Origin: an archaeon
GTDB lineage: Archaea > Thermoplasmatota > Thermoplasmata > WALJ01
Assembly: GCA_024278375.1 (NCBI GenBank)
Contig: JAJRTH010000092.1
Coordinates: 6,193 to 70,192, forward strand
Direction: 5' to 3'
DNA length: 64,000 bases
Numbering within the stretch: the first letter of the stretch is position 1; each line of letters starts with the position of its first letter. Positions 52,950 to 62,700 of the stretch are shown piece after piece. The position numbers and the translations under genes are program-made. The notes below the pieces were generated by a model. That model had not been told where the DNA came from. It did not search any database and saw nothing but the letters and a program-made list of their open reading frames with translations.

Positions 52950-55034
52950 ATGCGCGATGACAATGAGGGCTCGTATTATCTTATAAGAGAGAGCACTGCC
53001 ACGGCATGGGAACAGGTCACGGTAGACCTGTCCAAAGAAGCGGCAGGCTACGGATTTGACCTTTCTGACGGATTGTGGATAGTCATTGGTGTGTGGACCG
53101 GTAATGGAGACATATATGTGGACGACATAAACCTAACTGGCATCCGAAGTACGGTATATTACGGCGAGAACGCAGGAAAAGGGCAGGAAAAGGGAGACGC
53201 CTTCGGTTCTTCCGTTGAAATCTCAGGAGATATGAACGGAGACGGCAGAGGCGAACTGGTTGTCGGTGCACCCAACGGCGGTCAGACAGAGGGAAGGGCC
53301 AAGATATACTACGGTCGTAGCATCCAGGAGCCTTCTGTCACTACATCCAAATACGGAGGGTTCATAATAGAATCGGATGGTTATGTTTGGGGGGCCCAGG
53401 CCTTCGTCCCAAAGGAGGATATAACCCTTGTTGCCATAGAACTCCAGATAAGATCCAGAGATGACTGTGCAGGGAAGGCATATGTGCGAATAAACGCCAC
53501 AAGCGGAAATCTCCCTGGCTCTGTCGTCGTCAGTTCCGTGGAATCCTTCCATGCACCGAGAACATTGCCGGCAGTATGGGTAAGAGTGGAATTTTCCGCC
53601 CCGGCAAAGCTATCTGCCGGAACGAGATATTGGATAGTGGTGAATACCTCAGATGCCTTCGGTTACCTCTGGTATTCCGACAATGGAGGCATATATTCGG
53701 ACGGAAGGTTCATAACCAATGGTGCGACCGTCCAGACCGGCGAAAACGCCACATTCCTTCTGCATTTCGAGGCCAATGTAACTCTCAACGGTACGCGGGC
53801 AGGCGACAGATTCGGTTATTCGGTATCCTGGGCGGATATGGACGGAGACGGCTATAACGACACGATTGTCGGCGCTCCATACAACGACACCGCATCCGGT
53901 ACACTTGCGGATGCCGGAGCCATCTATGTTTTCAGAGGGGGGCCCACAATGCAGAGCTACATCTCCGCTTCCAGTGCCGATTACATAAATTACAGTACAT
54001 CTGCGGGAGCCCACTTCGGATTCTCCGTTTCGAAAGCAGGAGATGTCAACGGAGACGGGTTCAATGATGTCATAGCAGGTTCACCCGCATACGCCATCGA
54101 TTCGGGTAAGGCGGAGATACTCTCATGCAAAAAACCACCGAATATTGTGGACTATGACCTGCTGGATTCCTCCGGAGCCTCAAGGTTGAACCAACAGATA
54201 GATGTCAATGCGGAGTATCATTTCATAGTCAATATCACTCATCCGAATGGGTGGCAGTATGTGGATTATGTGAGGGTAAGGGCATGGTATGACTTCGGGA
54301 GCGAGGCCACCGCATACAATGATACCAAAGGCGGAAACATAAACCTGTTTATTGAGTACGAGAACACTACCGGAACAGGAATCTTCAAACTCCTGTGGCC
54401 GACCGGAGGAGAGGTCGTCCTCGGAACCTGCTCCGACACAGTGATAAATTCCACGACATATTCCCTCGATTTCAACTTCACACCCATGTATCAGTTCAGA
54501 TATGCGCCCGGAGACGGAGTGTGGGATGCGGGACCGGGATTCAATGATGCGAATTCCTGGAATTTCGAAATAAACGTCACCGACTCCAGCGGGTGGTACG
54601 ATTCCGTGAAGGACGAGTTCGGCATATATCGCTTCACCTCGGTATCCGCCAGCGGAAACCCGTCGGTAACCGGATACCCAGGCTTTACATACGCTATGAC
54701 TCCCTCGACGATCGTCACATACAGTTCCAATGCCGACTTTCACATGAACGTCTCTCTTGTAGACGATTTGTGGAATGCCGGTAACACGGCCAGCATAGCT
54801 GCCAGAAACGTCGCCATAAACTGGACCGGCCATGTGCCCGATTCCTATGTGTCGTTCGCCGGGTCAGGCTCTGCAAATGCCATATGGATAATAGGAGATT
54901 CGGCCACACTGGTATCAGCACCTCTCAACGACACCTCTCAGAGCATAACCGTTTACTGGCAGATAACAATACCGGCAGGCACGATAGCAGATACATACAG
55001 CGCCACCGTCAATTACACCATATCTCAAACATAG
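52950..55034 (+). CDS. FG-GAP repeat surface protein, part 2, with C-terminal module X
   Basis: Same frame as part 1. Completes the split domain (..GDIYVDDINLTG). More FG-GAP repeats (GDMNGDGRGELVVGAP, DMDGDGYNDTIVGAP, GDVNGDGFNDVIAGSP), then module X. Confidence 0.7.
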   Translation: MRDDNEGSYYLIRESTATAWEQVTVDLSKEAAGYGFDLSDGLWIVIGVWTGNGDIYVDDINLTGIRSTVYYGENAGKGQEKGDAFGSSVEISGDMNGDGRGELVVGAPNGGQTEGRAKIYYGRSIQEPSVTTSKYGGFIIESDGYVWGAQAFVPKEDITLVAIELQIRSRDDCAGKAYVRINATSGNLPGSVVVSSVESFHAPRTLPAVWVRVEFSAPAKLSAGTRYWIVVNTSDAFGYLWYSDNGGIYSDGRFITNGATVQTGENATFLLHFEANVTLNGTRAGDRFGYSVSWADMDGDGYNDTIVGAPYNDTASGTLADAGAIYVFRGGPTMQSYISASSADYINYSTSAGAHFGFSVSKAGDVNGDGFNDVIAGSPAYAIDSGKAEILSCKKPPNIVDYDLLDSSGASRLNQQIDVNAEYHFIVNITHPNGWQYVDYVRVRAWYDFGSEATAYNDTKGGNINLFIEYENTTGTGIFKLLWPTGGEVVLGTCSDTVINSTTYSLDFNFTPMYQFRYAPGDGVWDAGPGFNDANSWNFEINVTDSSGWYDSVKDEFGIYRFTSVSASGNPSVTGYPGFTYAMTPSTIVTYSSNADFHMNVSLVDDLWNAGNTASIAARNVAINWTGHVPDSYVSFAGSGSANAIWIIGDSATLVSAPLNDTSQSITVYWQITIPAGTIADTYSATVNYTISQT

Positions 55035-55077
55035 GGGAATCTTTAAATCCTGTTTCATATCGGCTCATGGTGATTTC

Positions 55078-56235
55078 ATGAAGGATTTCATATTCCACAG
55101 TCCGACGAAGATAATATTCGGAAGGGGCAAGAACGCTGAGATAGGCGAGGAATTGGCAAGAGATGGTGTGAAGAAGGTCCTGATGATCTACGGAAAGGGC
55201 AGCATAAAGAGGAACGGAGTATACGAGGAGGTAACATCTTCGCTAAACGACAACGGCATATCTTTCGTTGAACTCGGAGGAATAAAGCCCAATCCTGTGC
55301 TCAGCATGGTCTACGAGGGCATAGATTTGGCAAGAGCCGAGGGGTGCGAAGCCGTCCTCGGTGTCGGTGGTGGAAGCGTGATAGATTCCGCCAAGGCCAT
55401 AGCGGCGGGCATACCATACAAAGGAGATGTGTGGGATTTCTACTCTGGAAAGGGGCCTAGCGAGGCTCTACCGATATATGCGATACTTACATTATCGGCT
55501 ACAGGCTCCGAGATGAACGGGAATTCCGTGATAACAAGGGACGACAGCATGGAAAAGAAGGGGATGCACGGCGGAGCGATAACCACACCGAAGGTATCGA
55601 TAATAGACCCGAGCGTTCAGTTCTCTCTTCCGAAGGAACAGACGGTATACGGTGCAATAGACGCTATAACTCACGTTGCCGAGTACTATTTCAACGGTTC
55701 CAAGGAACTCAACTTTCCTGACAGGCTCTGCGAGTCCCTTATACGGACAATAATAGAGAGCACGGATGTCCTGCTCGAGAATCCTACGGATTACGATGCG
55801 AGGGCCGAACTCGCATGGAGCGCAACAATGGCACTGAACGGCATGACCGCAGTCGGAAGGGGAAGAGGTGACTGGTCCAGTCATCAGATAGAGCATGCTC
55901 TAAGTGCGATATATTACATAGCTCACGGAGCCGGTCTTGCCATAATTTTGCCGGCATGGCTGGAATACACCAAGGATGTCAACGGAGACAAGATAGTACA
56001 GATTGGAGAGAGGGTACTCGGGATCAAAGGAAATCCGGAGGAGACAATAGAAGAACTCATAAATGTCTATGCGGCCTGGGGAGCGCCAGTTTATCTGGAA
56101 GATGCGGGGATTCCTCCGTCGGATGCTGAAAAAATAGCGGAAAACGGCTCCATAGGCTATCCTCTCGGATCAGCAAAGACTCTCGAGAAAGAGGATGTCG
56201 TCGGAGTTCTGAAACTTGCATCGAAAAGCAAATAG
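55078..56235 (+). CDS. iron-containing alcohol dehydrogenase
   Basis: 385 aa with GGGSVIDSAKAIA and His-rich metal site motifs (HQIEHALSAIY..HGAGLA). Confidence 0.85.
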   Translation: MKDFIFHSPTKIIFGRGKNAEIGEELARDGVKKVLMIYGKGSIKRNGVYEEVTSSLNDNGISFVELGGIKPNPVLSMVYEGIDLARAEGCEAVLGVGGGSVIDSAKAIAAGIPYKGDVWDFYSGKGPSEALPIYAILTLSATGSEMNGNSVITRDDSMEKKGMHGGAITTPKVSIIDPSVQFSLPKEQTVYGAIDAITHVAEYYFNGSKELNFPDRLCESLIRTIIESTDVLLENPTDYDARAELAWSATMALNGMTAVGRGRGDWSSHQIEHALSAIYYIAHGAGLAIILPAWLEYTKDVNGDKIVQIGERVLGIKGNPEETIEELINVYAAWGAPVYLEDAGIPPSDAEKIAENGSIGYPLGSAKTLEKEDVVGVLKLASKSK

Positions 56236-56289
56236 CTCTCCTATGGCAATCTCTATATACTCTTTTTTCATTACCTGCCCGGGATACCC

Positions 56290-56928
56290 ATGATGATAAG
56301 GTGGCACGGACACGCATGCTTCGAAATATCCGGCTCTAAAACGGTGGTTATCGACCCACATGACGGAAAGTCCATAGGAATTCCAACCCCCAACGTGAGA
56401 GGGGATATCGTACTGGTTACCCACGATCACTTTGACCACAATGCCACGAGAATCGTGAAAGGAAGTCCGGAAATAATAAGGAGTTTTGTGGGCAAGAAAA
56501 AGATAGGAGGGCTTGAGATCCTCGGCATAAACGAGTACCATGACGAGATGGGTGGAGCGAAAAGAGGGCCGGTATCCATATACAGGTTCTCCATGGACGG
56601 TCTGGACCTGACCCATATGGGAGACATAGGCCATATACCCGACGAACATACGATAGGGAAACTGAGGGGCACGGACATACTTTTCATACCCGTCGGTGAT
56701 GTATTCACCGTCGGTGCATCGGATGCCTGGAAGATAGCCAGTAAGATAGCCCCCAGAGTAATCGTTCCAATGCACTACCGCATAGGCGGACTGTCGCTGT
56801 CCATAAAGCCGGTCAACGGTTTCCTCGAGAACCTGCCTCCAGAAAGGGTGATAAAGATAGGCAACAGCGTTGACTTCGAGAAAGAGGATCTGCCAGAAAA
56901 GACCGAGATATGGGTCTTCTCCCTCTGA
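56290..56928 (+). CDS. metallo-beta-lactamase-fold hydrolase (UPF0173-like)
   Basis: 212 aa: WHGHACFEI, THDHFDH. Confidence 0.75.
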   Translation: MMIRWHGHACFEISGSKTVVIDPHDGKSIGIPTPNVRGDIVLVTHDHFDHNATRIVKGSPEIIRSFVGKKKIGGLEILGINEYHDEMGGAKRGPVSIYRFSMDGLDLTHMGDIGHIPDEHTIGKLRGTDILFIPVGDVFTVGASDAWKIASKIAPRVIVPMHYRIGGLSLSIKPVNGFLENLPPERVIKIGNSVDFEKEDLPEKTEIWVFSL

Positions 56929-56929
56929 C

Positions 56930-57367
56930 ATGACAATCATAAGGAATTTTGAGGAGAAGGACATAGGAGACATAACGGATATAGCGAAGCGCTCCCTAAA
57001 TACCGATTACGACCCCAGGTTCTACATCTCCATACACGAGCTGTGGCCGTCCGGTTTCCTGGTGGCCGAGGAGAACGGAAGGATAGTCGGGTTCATAGCG
57101 GGAGTGATGCCCCAAGAATCGGAGGCCAGAATTCTCATGATGGCCGTGAAAAAGCATTTCAGAAGAAGAGGCATAGGAAGAGCGCTCATGCATGCTTTCA
57201 TAAACAATTGCACCCTGATAGGCGCTAAACGCACATATCTGGAGGTTCGAAGGAGCAACACCGCCGCAATAAAGTTCTACAGAAGCCTCGGATTTTCGAC
57301 CGGAGCCAGTTACCCCTCGTACTATGATGACGGAGAGGATGCACTGATAATGTGGAAGACCCTATGA
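56930..57367 (+). CDS. GNAT N-acetyltransferase (RimI/Ard1-like)
   Basis: MTIIRNFEE...; MAVKKHFRRRGIGRAL; YLEVRRSNTAAIKFYRSLGF. The ORF track start 56870 overlaps the upstream gene. Confidence 0.75.
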   Translation: MTIIRNFEEKDIGDITDIAKRSLNTDYDPRFYISIHELWPSGFLVAEENGRIVGFIAGVMPQESEARILMMAVKKHFRRRGIGRALMHAFINNCTLIGAKRTYLEVRRSNTAAIKFYRSLGFSTGASYPSYYDDGEDALIMWKTL

Positions 57368-57424
57368 AGCGCCACGGAAGCAAGCACTGCAAAGATTATA
57401 AATAGAACATCCCCATATACTATC

Positions 57425-57961
57425 ATGAGACGATACAAGCTCAAACTCTGCCTCTTCGGTGGCGGAGGTGTCGGCAAGACCTCTCTGATACGAAGATATG
57501 TGTATGACGAGTTCGATGACAAATATCTTCAGACCATAGGGACCAAGGTGTCCAAGAAAGTGGTGGATGTCTTCATCAACGGTGAGGACGTGGAGGTACA
57601 GCTTTACATATGGGATATAATGGGGCAGAAAAACTACAGGGATGCTTTAAAAGAGGCGTATTTCCATGGTGCCGATGCCCTTCTCGGAGTTGCTGACATA
57701 ACCAGAAAGGAGACGTTGGAAGAGTTGGAGGAATGGATGGAGGCTATGAGGGGAGTGGTCAAGGATGGGGCTCCCGTGATATTTCTCGGCAACAAATGGG
57801 ACCTGAAGGAAGAGGCACAGTTCGGAAGAGAGGAGATTGAACTGGTGGCTGACAGATACCTTGGGGATTACTACTTCACCAGCGCCAAGACAGGGGAGCA
57901 TGTGGAGGAAGCTTTCGAAAAACTCGCGGAAAGAGCCGTGGAAAAGAGAATGGGTGATTGA
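57425..57961 (+). CDS. small Ras-superfamily GTPase
   Basis: G1 GGGGVGKTS, G3 WDIMGQ, G4 GNKWDL, G5 TSAK. 178 aa. Confidence 0.75.
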   Translation: MRRYKLKLCLFGGGGVGKTSLIRRYVYDEFDDKYLQTIGTKVSKKVVDVFINGEDVEVQLYIWDIMGQKNYRDALKEAYFHGADALLGVADITRKETLEELEEWMEAMRGVVKDGAPVIFLGNKWDLKEEAQFGREEIELVADRYLGDYYFTSAKTGEHVEEAFEKLAERAVEKRMGD

Positions 57962-58459
57962 ATGGAAAATTTCAGTGAGATAAGCCCGGGAGATGCGATA
58001 AAATACCTTCCCCTTCCGGTTGTGATAGTAACCGCCAGAAAGGGAGAAAGCATGAACGGAATGACGGCGGCATGGATATCCCAGGTATCTGCGAAACCTC
58101 CCGTGATAATGGTTGCCATAAGGCTGGAGAGATACACCTGGGAACTGATGAAGGACACGGAATACTTCGGAATCTCCGTCCTCGGTGAAGGGCAGGAGGA
58201 CATCGCAGAGTTCTTCGGGACCGTAAGCGGTTGGGATAAGGACAAGTTCAAGGAGATGGAAATGGAACCGTTCTATTCGGAAGAGGGCATACCGCTGATA
58301 CCCGGCTCTCTGGCCGCATTCGTGTGCAGAAAGAGAGAGGTCGTTGAAATCGGAGACCATCTGGCCATCTTTGGAGAGGCGATAAAAGGATGGGAAGGAA
58401 AAGGAGACAATCCTCTGGTATGGTACAGATGGAACGTTACCGGGATGAAGTCTGATTAA
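57962..58459 (+). CDS. flavin reductase-like (flavoredoxin) FMN-binding protein
   Basis: 165 aa with a split-barrel pattern (PVVIVTA..NGMTAAW.SQVS..PP). Abuts the GTPase stop. Confidence 0.7.
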   Translation: MENFSEISPGDAIKYLPLPVVIVTARKGESMNGMTAAWISQVSAKPPVIMVAIRLERYTWELMKDTEYFGISVLGEGQEDIAEFFGTVSGWDKDKFKEMEMEPFYSEEGIPLIPGSLAAFVCRKREVVEIGDHLAIFGEAIKGWEGKGDNPLVWYRWNVTGMKSD

Positions 58460-59016
58460 TTGCCAGAGCCCAATTCTCTCAGAGTCTCGAGCTGCGTATC
58501 AAAAACTTCTCTCAGATACAGGACCATTCTGACCTCATCAATCCCTTCGTGTTTTTCCAGCTCGTCCATGATTGCGGAGAGCGCTATTTTCGCCGCTTTT
58601 TCTACCGGATATCCGTATGCACCGGTGCTTATAGATGGAAAGGCCATGGTTCTTGCGCCTATTTCTCTTGCGAGTTTCATGGAGTTCCTGTAGCATCTTT
58701 CCAGAATCTCCGGCTCGCCATGCTTTCCACCGCGCCATACTGGACCGACTGTGTGGATTATCCATCTTATCCCTCTTTCTTTCATCCTGCCGGCACGCGT
58801 ATACACCGCATTTCCATGCTCCAATCTCACTATCTTCCTGATTATCTCCATGCATTCCCTGTGAAGTTCCGGTCCGGCAGCCCTGTGTATGGCTCCATCT
58901 ACTCCTCCCCCGCCCATCAGCCTACTGTTGGCAGCGTTCACAATGGCATCCACCCTCTGTTCGGTTATGTCTCCGTGCACGAGTCTGAGCGTACCGTATT
59001 TAAGCCTGAGTTCCAT
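58456..59016 (-). CDS. macro-domain protein (ADP-ribose binding / O-acetyl-ADP-ribose deacetylase type)
   Basis: GDITEQRVDAIVNAANSRLMGGGGVDGAIHRAAG, and SISTGAYGYP. Confidence 0.85.
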   Translation of the reverse strand: MELRLKYGTLRLVHGDITEQRVDAIVNAANSRLMGGGGVDGAIHRAAGPELHRECMEIIRKIVRLEHGNAVYTRAGRMKERGIRWIIHTVGPVWRGGKHGEPEILERCYRNSMKLAREIGARTMAFPSISTGAYGYPVEKAAKIALSAIMDELEKHEGIDEVRMVLYLREVFDTQLETLRELGSGN

Positions 59017-59061
59017 GGAGCCAATGGAGCAAATTAAAAATATTGTCTTTCATGGGTAGCC

Positions 59062-59763
59062 GTGAAGGAGCGCCTGCAGAAATACATGGCAAGATGCGGT
59101 GTGGCATCCAGAAGAAAGTGCGAGGAGCTGATACTCGCCGGCAGGGTGGAGGTCAACGGAGAGGTGGTGGACGAACCGGGAGTAAAGATAGACCCTGATA
59201 AGGATGTGGTAACTCTGGACGGAGAGGTTCTCAGGCCTGAAAGTCCGAGATATTATGCGGTGAACAAGCCTGTTGGGTATATCTCTTCAAACAGGGATGA
59301 GAAAGGGAGGCCAAGGGTAATCGATATAATCCCCGGCAAAGGGCGGCTTTTCACAGTTGGGAGACTGGATATAAACTCCTCGGGGCTGATAATCGTCACT
59401 AACGACGGGGATGCCGCATACAGACTATCTCATCCGAGATTCGCTCCGGAAAAAGAATACCATGTTCTCATTAAAGGGACTCTTGAAGAAAGGGATATAA
59501 GAGCGCTGGAAAATGGCATAGTACTAGAGGAGGGAAGGACTGCTCCCGCTAAAGTGAAGGTTCTTTGGCAAAAGAATGGAAAAACCATGGTCTCAATAAC
59601 GGTCAAACAGGGATGGTTCCGCATGGTTCGAAGGATGTTTAATGCCATAGGAAAAGATGTTAAAAGCCTCAAAAGGGTGAGAATAGGCTCTCTGACCCTC
59701 AAAGGAATAGAAGAGGAGGGTATGTGGAGGGATTTGTCCGAAGAAGAAATAAAAAGATATTGA
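59062..59763 (+). CDS. RsuA/RluB-family pseudouridine synthase with S4 domain
   Basis: GTG start. S4 region LQKYMARCGVASRRKCEELI. Catalytic GRLDINSSGLIIVTNDG. Confidence 0.8.
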   Translation: MKERLQKYMARCGVASRRKCEELILAGRVEVNGEVVDEPGVKIDPDKDVVTLDGEVLRPESPRYYAVNKPVGYISSNRDEKGRPRVIDIIPGKGRLFTVGRLDINSSGLIIVTNDGDAAYRLSHPRFAPEKEYHVLIKGTLEERDIRALENGIVLEEGRTAPAKVKVLWQKNGKTMVSITVKQGWFRMVRRMFNAIGKDVKSLKRVRIGSLTLKGIEEEGMWRDLSEEEIKRY

Positions 59764-59773
59764 GATAATAGGT

Positions 59774-62700
59774 TCAAGGCATTTCTTGATCCAAAGGTTC
59801 TCCATCTACAACGTTTTCCTCCGAGATAGCAGATTCCATGTCTTCGTCATATCTTTCTCTGAACTCTTCCGGTGCCGTCTCTTCTAGTGGAGCCCCAGCT
59901 GTCCCCTCTTGTTCTACTGCTCTTATCTTTTTCTTCATAGCTATGGCCAGAATCACTCCGAGGACTATGATTATAATCAGTATCAGGTAAAGCCAGGGAA
60001 TTCCCTCCGAAGGAGCTTTTGTTTTGGGAAGTTCAATCTGCGGGATGTTCGTGCTATCACCGGGGCTCACGGAGGCACTGGCCGTCTGCACCTCATAACC
60101 ATCCTTGGATATCGTTATCGTATGATTGCCTGCATGCACCTGTATTGAGAACTCACCGTTCTCATCTGTTGTAGTGGTTTCTCCCGTATCCAGAGTTACC
60201 GTTACACCGGATATCGGATTTCCGTTCTCATCCACAACTCTGCCTGTTATCGTTCCTATGTCTGTGGTTGTGAAAGACCACGTGTATTCATCCATTGCAT
60301 TTCCCGCACGATCGGAGCCTGTGACATGCACCGTATATTCGGTGGCATAGCTCATATTTTCAGAGGGTACGAATGAGATAGTGTTATGTAACCATATAAG
60401 TTCTCCTTCCAGGCCATTTATACTAATTCTAACCGAACTCTGATCCATCGTCTCAGAGAATGTAACGGCTATGACAGAATCCACAGGAACATCGCTTCCG
60501 GTCGGTGAATGCTCCGTAACCGTTGGAGCGGTCGCATCGACATCGAATGTCACATTTGCCATACCCTCATTTCCTGCGTTGTCTATGGCTTTGACATAAA
60601 CGGTATGCGTTCCATCAGTGAGATTGTCAAGGTGATATGTTGTGTTGGTCCCAACATCCATCCATGTTCCTGAATCGATCATTATCTCGTAGTGGTCGAT
60701 GCCGGATGTATCATCTGTGCCATGCCATGTGACCTGTGTATCCGCTGTGTGGAGTGAACCCTCAGAAGGTGCGGTTATCGTTATTTCCGGTGCTGTGGTA
60801 TCGATTGTGAAGTTCACGGATGCGGTGTTCTCGTTTCCTGCAGTATCAATTGCTTTTACCTCGACAGTATGTTCTCCATCCGAGAGGTCAGCGAATTCAT
60901 GCTGGGTATCTGTTCCGATATCAATCCATGCTCCCGAATCGATACTTATTTCGTAGTGGCCAATACCGCTCAGCGAGTCGTTTCCTGCCCAGATCACTGT
61001 TACGGTGTTGAGGTCGAAGAGAGAATTCTCCGATGGAGAAGTTATGTTGATGTTGGGTGCCGTGCTATCGTAAGCACATATCGCATCCGCAGATGTCTTC
61101 GATTCGCTGTTTCCCGCCGCATCTGCGGCAATAGTGTGGAGCTCATAGTATCCGTCACCCTCGGGGAAGGTTAATGTTATTGTTCCTGACCATGAGGTCC
61201 CTGAAATTGATATCGGCGAGCCGAACTGTGTCCATGAGGACCATGTGGAGTTGTCGCTGGATAAGCGGTAATAGAGGGTAATCGAAGAAAGATCCTGATC
61301 ATCCGTAGCCGAGAGCGAGAGATCGATGTTTGAGTTATGCCAGTATGGTGTGATTGCAGAAACAGACGAGGTCGGTGCCACGGTATCCTGGGGTTCCGTG
61401 GTGAAACTCCATGAATAATCGTCTGTCGGTGAGCCTTCCGCAGTGCCGTTTCCGTTTCCATCAAGGGTATTTCCGTTCACATCCGCAGCGATGCTAGCGT
61501 TAATAACTATGGTATATGTGGTGTTGTAGGAAAGGTTCGAAGCGGGAGTGAATGTCATCGTAGTATTTGCGGAATTCCACGAAAACGAGCCGCTTAAGGA
61601 AGGAGTTATGGAGAAAGCATTCTCCACGCTGCTTGTGTTCATGCTCTCGTTGAATGTTGTCGCTATTACGGTGTTAACGGGAACTCCCGTCCCTGTGGGG
61701 AAATGAGATACCACGGTCGGTGGTGTGGTGTCAGGCTCGGTGGTGAAGCTCCATGAACACGCTGTCTGAACATTTCCGGCAAGGTCCTCCCCGCCTTCGA
61801 TAGTAATACCGATTGTTTCATTGTATGCCCAGCTATCGTGTGTCCATGTCGCCGTATCGTTAGCGACATTCGTCGTGCTCCATCCTGCGAATGTGTATGT
61901 TACTGTGGTTCCCGAGGTCTGCGTGAGTGTAGGAGTCACGGATGTATCCATGCTCTCGCTGAATACGACCACAACATTCTGATTTATTGGAACGCCTGTG
62001 GAACCGTCTGCAGGGGTTGTTGATGTGACGGAGGGGGGTGTGGTGTCGTTCCCCGCATCTGTGGTTATGGGGGCCATTAGAGGATAGTAATCTATGGCTC
62101 CCGAAGTACCGCTTATGTTGGTATACGGTGTATCTCCTATGCCGTCACTTCCTGTGAGGTTTTGTCCAGGACCAGAGTAGTTATCTGCGCCGTTGTAGTC
62201 GGACCAGTAATTGCCCCCGGTGGGATATGAGGTGTTCCATAGATTGCTACCCGTGTCATCATATGCTTGAATAGCATTGTCGATGAAGTTGTTATTATAT
62301 ATAATGTTAGAATTCGAAGACAAAGAAAAGACTCCGTAGTTATTTTTTGATATGTTGTTGAGAACAATCTTGTTATCATTTGAAAACTGATATAGATAGA
62401 TGCCTTTATCATTATTTGCTATGGTGTTGTTTGTAAATGTATTATTCGAAGAGGAATGGAATAATATGCCATGCCACAGATTCGAATCTAGAAGATTCCC
62501 TGAGATATTGTTATTTGAAGATGAATAAATGTAGATACCGCGATTGTTTTTTGTCGCATTATTATATGATATAGTGTTATTTGTGGAAAATCCTATTTCG
62601 ATTCCAACCGTCCCGTCACTGACATTTTGTTCTCTTATCGTTATATACGTACAATTTGCTAAAATGATTTCTCCAGCACCACTAGGAACAACGCTTCCAG

